DNA from: Camelus dromedarius
Taxonomy: Eukaryota
DNA: 64,000 bases
NCBI RefSeq assembly: GCF_036321535.1
Contig: NC_087436.1
Coordinates: 1,178,001-1,242,000, forward strand
Reading direction: 5' to 3'
The notes beneath the pieces were generated by a model. The model saw only the letters and a program-made list of their open reading frames with translations. It searched no databases and was not told the DNA's origin. Shown piece by piece: positions 11,401 through 24,398 of this stretch; position 1 is the stretch's first letter, and each line of letters begins with the position of its first letter. A program made the position numbers and the translations under genes.

Positions 11401-14400
11401 GTTCCTGCAGTTATCACTGTAAAACCGAGTTGGAGCTTGTACCTCCCCATATATATGTATGGAATGGAGTTTGCAACTGAAAAGAAACTTTGTGTTCCCA
11501 ACAAGCTAGGTGAAGGACGGCTTTCACACACACTTATCTCTCAGAACTGAGCAAGTGGAGAGACGTTCGTTCATCTATCACCAAGGGTACGGGTTGCAGG
11601 AGACACTTTTTCTCTGTTTTCTCAGTCTGTTTCCTAGTGCCGGTTTGAAGTTCCTACAGTTTTCACTGTGAAACCGAGTTGGAGCTTCTACCTCCCCATA
11701 TATATGTATGGAATGGAGTTTGCAACTGAAAAGAAACTTTGTGTTCCCAACAAGCAAGGTGAAGGACCGCTTTCACACACACTTATCTCTCAGAACTGAG
11801 CAAGTGGAGAGACGTTCGTTCATCTAGCACCAAGGGAACGGGTTGCAGGAGACACTATTTCTCTGCTTCCTCAGTCTGTTTCCTAGTGCCGGTTTGAAGT
11901 TCGTGCAGTTTTCACTGTAAAACCGAGTTGGAGCTTGTACCTCCCCATATATATGTATGGAATGGAGTTTGCAACTGAAAAGAAACTTTGTGTTCCCAAC
12001 AAGCTAGGTGAAGGACGGCTTTCACACACACTGATCTCTCAGAACTGAGCAAGTGGAGAGACGTTCGTTCATCCAGCACCAAGGGAACGGGTTGCAGGAG
12101 ACACGTTTTCTCTGCTTTCTCAGTATGTTTCCTAGTGCCGGTTTGAAGTTCCTGCAGTTTTCACTGTGAAACCGAGTTGGAGCTTCTACCTCCCCATATA
12201 TATGTATGGAATGGAGTTTGCAACTGAAAAGAAACTTTGTGTTCCCAACAAGCAAGGTGAAGGACCGCTTTCACACACACATATCTCTCAGAACTGAGCA
12301 AGTGGAGAGACTTTCGTTCATCTAGCACCAAGGGAACGGGTTGCAGGAGACACTTTATCTCTGCTTTCTCAGTCTGTTTCCTAGTGCCGGTTTGAAGTTC
12401 CTGCAGTTTTCACTGTCAAACCGAGTTGGAGCTAGTACCTCCCCATATATATGTATGGAATGGAGTTTGCAACTGAAAAGAAACTTTGTGTTCCCAACAA
12501 GCTAGGTGAAGGACGGCTTTCACACACACTTATCTCTCAGAACTGAGCAAGTGGAGAGAAGTTCGTTCATCTAGCACCAAGGGAACGGGTTGCAGGAGAC
12601 ACTTTTTCTCTGCTTTCTCAGTCTGTTTCCTAGTGCCGGTTTGAAGTACCTGCAGTTTTCACTGTCGAACCGAGTTGGTGCTAGTACCTCCCCATATATA
12701 TGTATGGAATGGAGTTTGCAACTGAAAAGAAACTTTGTGTTCCCAACAAGCTAGGTGAAGGACGGCTTTCACACACACTGATCTCTCAGAACTTAGCAAG
12801 TGGAGAGACGTTCGTTCATCTAGCACCAAGGGAACGGGTTGCAGGAGACACTTTTTCTCTGCTTCCTCAGTCTGTTTCCTAGTGCCGGTTTGAAGTTCGT
12901 GCAGTTTTCACTGTAAAACCGAGTTGGAGCTTGTACCTCCCCATATATATGTATGGAATGGAGTTTGCAACTGAAAAGAAACTTTGTGTTCCCAACAAGC
13001 TAGGTGAAGGACGGCTTTCACACACACTTATCTCTCAGAACAGAGCAAGTGGAGAGAAGTTCGTTCATCTAGCACCAAGGGAACGGGTTGCAGGAGACAC
13101 TTTTTCTCTGCTTTCACAGTCTGTTTCCTAGTGCCGGTTTGAAGTTCCTGCAATTTCACTGTGAAACCGAGTTGGAGCTAGTACCTCCCCATATATATGT
13201 ATGGAATGGATTTTGCAACTGAAAAGAAACTTTGTGTTCCCAACAAGCTAGTTGAAGGACGGCTTTCACACACACATATCTCTCAGAACTGAGCAAGTGG
13301 AGAGACGTTCGTTCATCTAGCACCAAGGGAACGGGTTGCAGGAGACACTTTTTCTCTGCTTCCTCAGTCTGTTTCCTAGTGCCGGTTTTAAGTTCGTGCA
13401 GTTTTCACTATAAAACCGAGTTGGAGCTTGTACCTCCCCATATATATGTATGGAATGGAGTTTGCAACTGAAAAGAAACTTTGTGTTCCCAACAAGCTAG
13501 GTGAAGGACGGCTTTCACACACACTTATCTCTCAGAACAGAGCAAGTGGAGAGACGTTCGTTCATCTAGCACCAAGGGAACGGGTTGCAGGAGACACTTT
13601 TTCTCTGCTTTCTCAGTCTGTTTCCTAGTGCCGGTTTGAAGTTCCTGCAGTTTTCACTGTGAAACCGAGTTGGAGCTAGTACCTCCCCATATATATGTAT
13701 GGAATGGAGTTTGCAACTGAAAAGAAACTTTGTGTTCCCAACAAGCTAGTTGAAGGACGGCTTTCACACACACATATCTCTCAGAACTGAGCAAGTGGAG
13801 AGACGTTCGTTCATCTAGCACCAAGGGAACGGGTTGCAGGAGACACTTTTTCTCTGCTTCCTCAGTCTGTTTCCTAGTGCCGGTTTGAAGTTCGTGCAGA
13901 TTTCATTGTAAAACCGAGTTGGAGCTTGTACCTCCCCATATATAAGTATGGAATGGAGTTTGCAACTGAAAAGAAACTTTGTGTTCCCAACAAGCTAGGT
14001 GAAGGACGGCTTTCACACACACTTATCTCTCAGAACTGAGCAAGTGGAGAGACGTTCGTTCATCTAGCACCAAGGGAACGGGTTGCAGGAGACACTTTTT
14101 CTCTGCTTTCTCAGTCTGTTTCCTAGTGCCGGTTTGAAGTACCTGCAGTTTTCACTGTCGAACCTAGTTGGTGCTAGTACCTCCCCATATATATGTATGG
14201 AATGGAGTTTGCAACTGAAAAGAAACTTTGTGTTCCCAACAAGCTAGGTGAAGGACGGCTTTCACACACACTGATCTCTCAGAACTGAGCAAGTGGAGAG
14301 ACGTTCGTTCATCCAGCACCAAGGGAACGGGTTGCAGGAGACACGTTTTCTCTGCTTTCTCAGTCTGTTTCCTAGTGCCGGTTTGAAGTTCCTGCAGTTA

Positions 14401-17400
14401 TCACTGTAAAACCGAGTTGGAGCTTGTACTCCCCATATATATGTATGGAATGGAGTTTGCAAATGAAAAGAAACTTTGTGTTCCCAACAAGCTAGGTGAA
14501 GGACGGCTTTCACACACACTTATCTCTCAGAACTGAGCAAGTGGAGAGACGTTCGTTCATCTAGCACCAAGGGAACGGGTTGCAGGAGACACTTTTTCTC
14601 TGTTTTCTCAGTCTGTTTCCTAGTTCCGGTTTGAAGTTCCTGCAGTTTTCACTGTGAAACCGAGTTGGAGCTTCTACCTCCCCATATATATGTATGGAAT
14701 GGAGTTTGCAACTGAAAAGAAACTTTGTGTTCCCAACAAGCAAGGTGAAGGACGGCTTTCACACACACTTATCTCTCAGAACTGAGCAAGTGGAGAGACG
14801 TTCGTTCATCTAGCACCAAGGGAACGGGTTGCAGGAGACACTTTTTCTCTGCTTTCTCAGTCTGTTTCCTAGTGCCGGTTTAAAGTTCCTGCAGTTTTCA
14901 CTGTCAAACCGAGTTGGAGCTAGTACCTCCCCATATATATGTATGGAATGGAGTTTGCAACTGAAAAGAAACTTTGTGTTCCCAACAAGCTAGGTGAAGG
15001 ACGGCTTTCACACACACTTATCTCCCAGAACTGAGCAAGTGGAGAGACGTTCGTTCATCTAGCACCAAGGGAACGGGTTGCAGGAGACACTTTTTCTCTG
15101 CTTTCTCAGTCTGTTTCCTAGTGCCGGTTTGAAGTTCCTGCAGTTTTCAGTGTCAAACCGAGTTGGAGCTAGTACCTCCCCATATATTTGTATGGAATGG
15201 AGTTTGCAACTGAAAAGAAACTTTGTGTTCCCAACAAGCTAGGTGAAGGACGGCTTTCACACACACTTATCTCCCAGAACTGAGCAAGTGGAGAGACGTT
15301 CGTTCATGTAGCACCAAGGGAACGGGTTGCAGGAGACACTTTTTCTCTGCTTTCTCAGTCTGTTCCCTAGTGCCGGTTTGAAGTACCTGCAGTTTTCACT
15401 GTCGAACCGAGTTGGTGCTAGTACCTCCCCATATATATGTATGGAATGGAGTTTGCAACTGAAAAGAAACTTTGTGTTCCCAACAAGCTAGGTGAAGGAC
15501 GGCTTTCACACACACTTATCTCTCAGAACTGAGCAAGTGGAGAGACGTTCGTTCATCTAGCACCAAGGGAACGGGTTGCAGGAGACACTTTTTCTCTGCT
15601 TTCTCAGTCTGTTTCCAAGTGCCGGTTTGAAGTTCCTGCAGTTTTCACTGTCAAACCGAGTTGGAGCTAGTTCCTCCCCATATATATTTATGGAATGGAG
15701 TTTGCAACTGAAAAGAAACTTTGTGTTCCCATCAAGCTAGGTGAAGGACGGCTTTCACACACACTTATCTCTCAGAACTGAGCAAGTGGAGAGACGTTCG
15801 TTCATGTAGCACCAAGGGAACGGGTTGCAGGAGACACTTTTTCTCTGCTTTCTCAGTCTGTTTCCCAGTGCCGGTTTGAAGTTCCTGCAATTTTCACTGT
15901 CAAACCGAGTTGGAGCTAGTTCCTCCCCATATATATGTATGGAATGGAGTTTGCAACTGAAAAGAAACTTTGTGTTCCCAGGAAGCTAGGTGAAGGGCGG
16001 CTTTCACACACACTTATCTCTCAGAACTGAGCAAGTGGAGAGACGTTCGTTCATCTAGCACCAAGGGAACGGGTTGCAGGGGACACTTTTTCTCTGCTTT
16101 CTCAGTCTGTTTCCTAGTGCCGGTTTGAAGTACCTGCAGTTTTCACTGTCGAACCGAGTTGGTGCTAGTACCTCCCCATATATATGTATGGAATGGAGTT
16201 TGCAACTGAAAAGAAACTTTGTGTTCCCATCAAGCTAGGTGAAGGACGGCTTTCACACACACTTATCTCTCAGAACTGAGCAAGTGGAGAGACGTTCGTT
16301 CATGTAGCACCAAGGGAACGGGTTGCAGGAGACACTTTTTCTCTGCTTTCTCAGTCTGTTTCATAGTGCCGGTTTGAAGTTCCTGCAATTTTCACTGTCA
16401 AACCGAGTTGGAGCTAGTTCCTCCCCATATATATGTATGGAATGGAGTTTGCAACTGAAAAGAAACTTTGTGTTCCCAGGAAGCTAGGTGAAGGGCGGCT
16501 TTCACACACACTTATCTCTCAGAACTGAGCAAGTGGAGAGACGTTCGTTCATCTAGCACCAAGGGAACGGGTTGCAGGGGTCACTTTTTCTCTGCTTTCT
16601 CAGTCTGTTTCCTAGTTCCGGTTTGAAGTTCCTGCAGTTTTCACTGTGAAACCGAGTTGGAGCTTCTACTTCCCCATATATATGTATGGAATGGAGTTTG
16701 CAACTGAAAAGAAACTTTGTGTTCCCAACAAGCAAGGTGAAGGACGGCTTTCACACACACTTATCTCTCAGAACTGAGCAAGTGGAGAGACGTTCGTTCA
16801 TCTAGCACCAAGGGAACGGGTTGCAGGAGACACTTTATCTCTGCTTTCTCAGTCTGTTTCCTAGTGCCGGTTTAAAGTTCCTGCAGTTTTCACTGTCAAA
16901 CCGAGTTGGAGCTAGTACCTCCCCATATATATGTATGGAATGGAGTTTGCAACTGAAAAGAAACTTTGTGTTCCCAACAAGCTAGGTGAAGGACGGCTTT
17001 CACACACACTTATCTCCCAGAACTGAGCAAGTGGAGAGACGTTCGTTCATCTAGCACCAAGGGAACGGGTTGCAGGAGACACTTTTTCTCTGATTTCTCA
17101 GTCTGTTTCCTAGTGCGGGTTTGAAGTACCTGCAGTTTTCACTGTCGAACTGAGTTGGTGCTAGTACCTCCCCATATATATGTATGGAATGGAGTTTGCA
17201 ACTGAAAAGAAACTTTGTGTTCCCAACAAGCTAGGTGAAGGACGGCTTTCACACGCACTTATCTCTCTGAACTGAGCAAGTGGAGAGACGTTCGTTCATC
17301 TAGCACCAAGGGAACGGGTTGCAGGAGACACTTTTTCTCTGCTTTCTCAGTCTGTTTCCTAGTGCCGGTTTGAAGTTCCTGCAGTTTTCACTGTCAAACC

Positions 17401-20400
17401 GAGTTGGAGCTTCTACCTAACAATATATATGTATGGAATGGAGTTTGCAACTGAAAAGAAACTTTGTGTTCCAAACAAGCAAGGTGAAGGACGGCTTTCA
17501 CACACTTATCTCTCAGAACTGAGCAAGTGGAGAGACGTTCGTTCATCTAGCACCAAGGGAACGGGTTGCAGGAGACACTTTATCTCTGCTTTCTCAGTCT
17601 GTTTCCTAGTGCCGGTTTGAAGTTCCTGCAGTTTTCACTTTAAAACCGAGTTGGAGCTAGTACCTACACATATATATGTATGGAATGGAGTTTGCAACTG
17701 AAAAGAAACTTTGTGTTCCCAACAAGCTAGGTGAAGGACGGCTTTCACACACACTTATCTCCCAGAACTGAGCAAGTGGAGAGACGTTCGTTCATGTAGC
17801 ACCAAGGGAACGGGTTGCAGGAGACACTTTTTCTCTGCTTTCTCAGTCTGTTCCCTAGTGCCGGTTTGAAGTACCTGCAGTTTTCACTGTCGAACTGAGT
17901 TGGTGCTAGTACCTCCCCATATATATGTATGGAATGGAGTTTGCAACTGAAAAGAAACTTTGTGTTCCCAACAAGCTAGGTGAAGGACGGCTTTCACACA
18001 CACTTATCTCTCAGAACTGAGCAAGTGGAGAGACGTTCGTTCATCTAGCACCAAGGGAAGGGGTTGCAGGAGACACTTTTTCTCTGCTTTCTCAGTCTGT
18101 TTCCTAGTGCCGGTTTGAAGTTCCTGCAGTTTTCACTGTCAAACCGAGTTGGAGCTAGTTCCTCCCCATATATATTTATGGAATGGAGTTTGCAACTGAA
18201 AAGAAACTTTGTGTTCCCATCAAGCTAGGTGAAGGACGGCTTTCACACACACTTATCTCTCAGAACTGAGCAAGTGGAGAGACTTTCGTTCATGTAGCAC
18301 CAAGGGAACGGGTTGCAGGAGACACTTTTTCTCTGCTTTCTCAGTCTGTTTCCTAGTGCCGGTTTGAAGTTCCTGCAATTTTCACTGTCAAACCGAGTTG
18401 GAGCTAGTTCCTCCCCATATATATGTATGGAATGGAGTTTGCAACTGAAAAGAAACTTTGTGTTCCCAGGAAGCTAGGTGAAGGGCGGCTTTCACACACA
18501 CTTATCTCTCAGAACTGAGCAAGTGGAGAGACGTTCGTTCATCTAGCACCAAGGGAACGGGTTGCAGGGGACACTTTTTCTCTGCTTTCTCAGTCTGTTT
18601 CCTAGTGCCGGTTTGAAGTACCTGCAGTTTTCACTGTCGAACCGAGTTGGTGCTAGTACCTCCCCATATATATGTATGGAATGGAGTTTGCAACTGAAAA
18701 GAAACTTTGTGTTCCCCACAAGCTAGTTGAAGGACGGCTTTCACACACACTTATCTCTCAGAACAGAGCAAGTGGAGAGACGTTCGTTCATCTAACACAA
18801 AGCGAACGGGTTGCAGGAGACACTTTTTCTCTGCTTTCTCAGTCTGTTTATTAGTGCCGGTTTGAAGTTCCTGCAGTTTTCACTGTCAAACCGAGTTGGA
18901 GCTAGTTCCTCCCAATATATATTTATGGAATGGAGTTTGCAACTGAAAAGAAACTTTGTGTTCCCAACAAGCTAGGTGAAGGACGGCTTTCACTCACACT
19001 TATCTCTCAGAACTGTGCAAGTGGAGAGACGTTCGTTCATCTAGCACCAAGGGAACGGGTTGCAGGAGACACTTTTTCTCTGCTTTCTCAGTCTGTTACC
19101 TAGTGCCGTTTTGAAGTTCCTGCAGTTTTCACTTTAAAACCGAGTTGGAGCTAGTACCTCCCCATATATATGTATGGAATGGAGTTTGCAACTGAAAAGA
19201 AACTTTGTGTTCCCAACAAGCTAGGTGAAGGACGGCTTTCACACACACTTATCTCTCAGAACTGAGCAAGTGGAGAGACGTTCGTTCATCTAGCACCAAG
19301 GGAACGGGTTGCAGGAGACACTTTTTCTCTGCTTTCTCAGTCTTTTTCCTAGTGCCGGTTTGAAGTTCCTGCAGTTTTCACTTTAAAACCGAGTTGGAGC
19401 TAGTACCTACACATATATATGTATGGAATGGAGTTTGCAACTGAAAAGAAACTTTGTGTTCCCAACAAGCTAGGTGAAGGACGGCTTTCACACACACATA
19501 TCTCTCAGAACTGAGCAAGTGGAGAGACGTTCGTTCATCTAGCACCAAGGGAACGGGTTGCAGGAGACACTTTTTCTCTGCTTCCTCAGTCTGTTTCCTA
19601 GTGCCGGTTTGAAATTCCTGCAGTTTTCACTGTAAAACCGAGTTGGAGCTAGTACCTCCCCATATATATGTATGGAATGGAGTTTGCAACTGAAAAGAAA
19701 CTTTGTGTTCCCAACAAGCTAGGTGAAGGACGGCTTTCACACACACTTATCTCTCAGAACTGAGCAAGTGGAGAGACGTTCGTTCATCTAGCACCAAGGG
19801 AACGGGTTGCAGGAGACACTTTTTCTCTGCTTTCTCAGTGTGTTTCCTAGTGCCGGTTTGAAGTTCCTGCAGTTTTCACTGTCAAACCGAGTTGGAGCTA
19901 GTACCTCCCCATATATATGTATGGAATGGAGTTTGCAACTGAAAAGAAACTTTGTGTTCCCAACAATCTAGGTGAAGGACGGCTTTCACACACACTTATC
20001 TCCCAGAACTGAGCAAGTGGAGAGACGTTCGTTCATGTAGCACCAAGGGAACGGGTTGCAGGAGACACTTTTTCTCTGCTTTCTCAGTCTGTTCCCTAGT
20101 GCCGGTTTGAAGTACCTGCAGTTTTCACTGTCGAACCGAGTTGGTGCTAGTACCTCCCCATATATATGTATGGAATGGAGTTTACAACTGAAAAGAAACT
20201 TTGTGTTCCAAACAAGCTAGGTGAAGGACGGCTTTCACACACACTTATCTCTCAGAACTGAGCAAGTGGAGAGACGTTCGTTCATCTAGCACCAAGGGAA
20301 CGGGTTGCAGGAGACACTTTTTCTCTGCTTTCTCAGTCTGTTTCCTAGTGCCGGTTTGAAGTTCCTGCAGTTTTCACTGTCAAACCGAGTTGGAGCTAGT

Positions 20401-23400
20401 TCCTCCCCATATATATTTATGGAATGGAGTTTGCAACTGAAAAGAAACTTTGTGTTCCCATCAAGCTAGGTGAAGGACGGCTTTCACACACATTTATCTC
20501 TCAGAACTGAGCAAGTGGAGAGACGTTCGTTCATGTAGAACCAAGGGAACGGGTTGCAGGAGACACTTTTTCTCTGCTTTCTCAGTCTGTTTCCTAGTGC
20601 CGGTTTGAAGTTCCTGCAATTTTCACTGTCAAACCGAGTTGGAGCTAGTACCTCCCCATATATATGTATGGAATGGAGTTTGCAACTGAAAAGAAACTTT
20701 GTGTTCCCAGGAAGCTAGGTGAAGTGCGGCTTTCACACACACTTATCTCTCAGAACTGAGCAAGTGGAGAGACGTTCGTTCATCTAGCACCAAGGGAACG
20801 GGTTGCAGGGGACACTTTTTCTCTGCTTTCTCAGTCTGTTTCCTAGTGCCGGTTTGAAGTACCTGCAGTTTTCACTGTCGAACCGAGTTGGTGCTAGTAC
20901 CTCCCCATATATATGTATGGAATGGAGTTTGCAACTGAAAAGAAACTTTGTGTTCCCAACAAGCTAGGTGAAGGACGGCTTTCACACACACTTATCTCTC
21001 AGAACTGAGCAAGTGGAGAGACGTTCGTTCATCTAGCACCAAGGGAACGGGTTGCAGGAGACACTTTTTCTCTGCTTTCTCAGTCTTTTTCCTAGTGCCG
21101 GTTTGAAGTTCCTGCAGTTTTCACTTTAAAACCGAGTTGGAGCTAGTACCTACACATATATATGTATGGAATGGAGTTTGCAACTGAAAAGAAACTTTGT
21201 GTTCCCAACAAGCTAGGTGAAGGACGGCTTTCACACACACTTATCTCTCAGAACAGAGCAAGTGGAGAGACGTTCGTTCATCTAGCACCAAGGGAACGGG
21301 TTGCAGGAGACACTTTTTCTCTGCTTCCTCAGTCTGTTTCCTAGTGCCGGTTTGAAATTCCTGCAGTTTTCACTGTAAAACCGAGTTGGAGCTAGTACCT
21401 CCCCATATATATATATGGAATGGAGTTTGCAACTGAAAAGAAACTTTGTGTTCCCAACAAGCTAGGTGAAGGACGGCTTTCACACACACTTATCTCTCAG
21501 AACTGAGCAAGTGGAGAGACGTTCGTTCATCTAGCACCAAGGGAACGGGTTGCAGGAGACACTTTTTCTCTGCTTTCTCAGTGTGTTTCCTAGTGCCGGT
21601 TTGAAGTTCCTGCAGTTTTCACTGTCAAACCGAGTTGGAGCTAGTACCTCCCCATATATATGTATGGAATGGAGTTTGCAACTGAAAAGAAACTTTGTGT
21701 TCCCAACAAGCTAGTTGAAGGACGGCTTTCACACACACTTATCTCTCAGAACTGAGCAAGTGGAGAGAAGTTCGTTCATCTAGCACCAAGGGAACGGGTT
21801 GCAGGAGACACTTTTTCTCTGCTTTCTCAGTCTGTTTCCTAGTGCCGGTTTGAAGTTCCTGCAGTTTTCACTGTCAAACCGAGTTTGAGCTAGTACCTCC
21901 CCATATATATGTATGGAATTGAGTTGGCAACTGAAAAGAAACTTTGTGTTCCCAACAAGCTAGTTGAAGGACGGCTTTCACTCACACTTATCTCTCAGAA
22001 CTGTGCAAGTGGAGAGACGTTCGTTCATCTAGCACCAAGGGAACGGGTTGCAGGAGACACTTTTTCTCTGCTTTCTCAGTCTGTTACCTAGTGCCGTTTT
22101 GAAGTTCCTGCAGTTTTCACTTTAAAACCGAGTTGGAGCTAGTACCTCCCCATATATATGTATGGAATGGAGTTTGCAACTGAAAAGAAACTTTGTGTTC
22201 CCAACAAGCTAGGTGAAGGACGGCTTTCACACACACTTATCTCTCAGAACTGAGCAAGTGGAGAGACGTTCGTTCATCTAGCACCAAGGGAACGGGTTGC
22301 AGGAGACACTTTTTCTCTGCTTTCTCAGTCTTTTTCCTAGTGCCGGTTTGAAGTTAATGCAGTTTTCACTTTAAAACCGAGTTGGAGCTAGTACCTACAC
22401 ATATATATGTATGGAATGGAGTTTGCAACTGAAAAGAAACTTTGTGTTCCCAACAAGCTAGGTGAAGGACGGCTTTCACACACACTTATCTCTCAGAACA
22501 GAGCAAGTGGAGAGACGTTCGTTCATCTAGCACCAAGGGAACGGGTTGCAGGAGACACTTTTTCTCTGCTTCCTCAGTCTGTTTCCTAGTGCCGGTTTGA
22601 AATTCCTGCAGTTTTCACTGTAAAACCGAGTTGGAGCTAGTACCTCCCCATATATATGTATGGAATGGAGTTTGCAACTGAAAAGAAACTTTGTGTTCCC
22701 AACAAGCTAGGTGAAGGACGGCTTTCACACACACTTATCTCTCAGAACTGAGCAAGTGGAGAGACGTTCGTTCATCTAGCACCAAGGGAACGGGTTGCAG
22801 GAGACACTTTTTCTCTGCTTTCTCAGTGTGTTTCCTAGTGCCGGTTTGAAGTTCCTGCAGTTTTCACTGTCAAACCGAGTTGGAGCTAGTACCTCCCCAT
22901 ATATATGTATGGAATGGAGTTTGCAACTGAAAAGAAACTTTGTGTTCCCAACAAGCTAGTTGAAGGACGGCTTTCACACACACTTATCTCTCAGAACTGA
23001 GCAAGTGGAGAGAAGTTCGTTCATCTAGCACCAAGGGAACGGGTTGCAGGAGGCACTTTTTCCCTGCTTTCTCAGTCTGTTTCCTAGTGCCGGTTTTAAA
23101 TTCCTGCAGTTTTCACTGTAAAACCGAGTTGGAGCTAGTACCTCCCCATATATATGTATGGAATGGAGATTGCAACTGAAAAGAAACTTTGTGTTCCCAG
23201 GAAGCTAGGTGAAGGGCGGCTTTCACACACACTTATCTCTCAGAACTGAGCAAGTGGAGAGACTTTCGTTCATCTAGCACCAAGGGAACGGGTTGCAGGG
23301 GACACTTTTTCTCTGCTTTCTCAGTCTGTTTCCTAGTGCCGGTTTGAAGTACCTGCAGTTTTCACTGTCGAACCGAGTTGGTGCTAGTACCTCCCCATAT

Positions 23401-23402
23401 AT

Positions 23403-24398
23403 ATGTATGGAATGGAGTTTGCAACTGAAAAGAAACTTTGTGTTCCCCACAAGCTAGTTGAAGGACGGCTTTCACACACACTTATCTCTCAAAACAGAGC
23501 AAGTGGAGAGACGTTCGTTCATCTAACACAAAGCGAACGGGTTGCAGGAGACACTTTTTCTCTGCTTTCTCAGTCTGTTTATTAGTGCCGGTTTGAAGTT
23601 CCTGCAGTTTTCACTGTCAAACCGAGTTGGAGCTAGTTCCTCCCAATATATATTTATGGAATGGAGTTTGCAACTGAAAAGAAACTTTGTGTTCCCAACA
23701 AGCTAGGTGAAGGACGGCTTTCACTCACACTTATCTCTCAGAACTGTGCAAGTGGAGAGATGTTCGTTCATCTAGCACCAAGGGAACGGGTTGCAGGAGA
23801 CACTTTTTCTCTGCTTTCTCAGTCTGTTACCTAGTGCCGTTTTGAAGTTCCTGCAGTTTTCACTTTAAAACCGAGTTGGAGCTAGTACCTCCCCATATAT
23901 ATGTATGGAATGGAGTTTGCAACTGAAAAGAAACTTTGTGTTCCCAACAAGCTAGGTGAAGGACGGCTTTCACACACACTTATCTCTCAGAACAGAGCAA
24001 GTGGAGAGACGTTCGTTCATCTAACACAAAGCGAACGGGTTGCAGGAGACACTTTTTTTCCGCTTTCTCAGTCTGTTTATTAGTGCCGGTTTGAAGTTCC
24101 TGCAGTTTTCACTGTCAAACCGAGTTGGAGCTAGTTCCTCCCAATATATATTTATGGAATGGAGTTTGCAACTGAAAAGAAACTTTGTGTTCCCAACAAG
24201 CTAGGTGAAGGACGGCTTTCACTCACACTTATCTCTCAGAACTGTGCAAGTGGAGAGACGTTCGTTCATCTAGCACCAAGGGAACGGGTTGCAGGAGACA
24301 CTTTTTCTCTGCTTTCTCAGTCTGTTACCTAGTGCCGTTTTGAAGTTCCTGCAGTTTTCACTTTAAAACCGAGTTGGAGCTAGTACCTCCCCATATAT
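23403..24398 (+). repeat. Tandem duplication of a 2-monomer unit (498 bp x2)
   Basis: An AACACAAAGCG/GTTTATTAG monomer followed by a TCACTCAC/CTGTGCA/GTTACC monomer occurs at 23403 and again at 23901. Confidence 0.85.
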
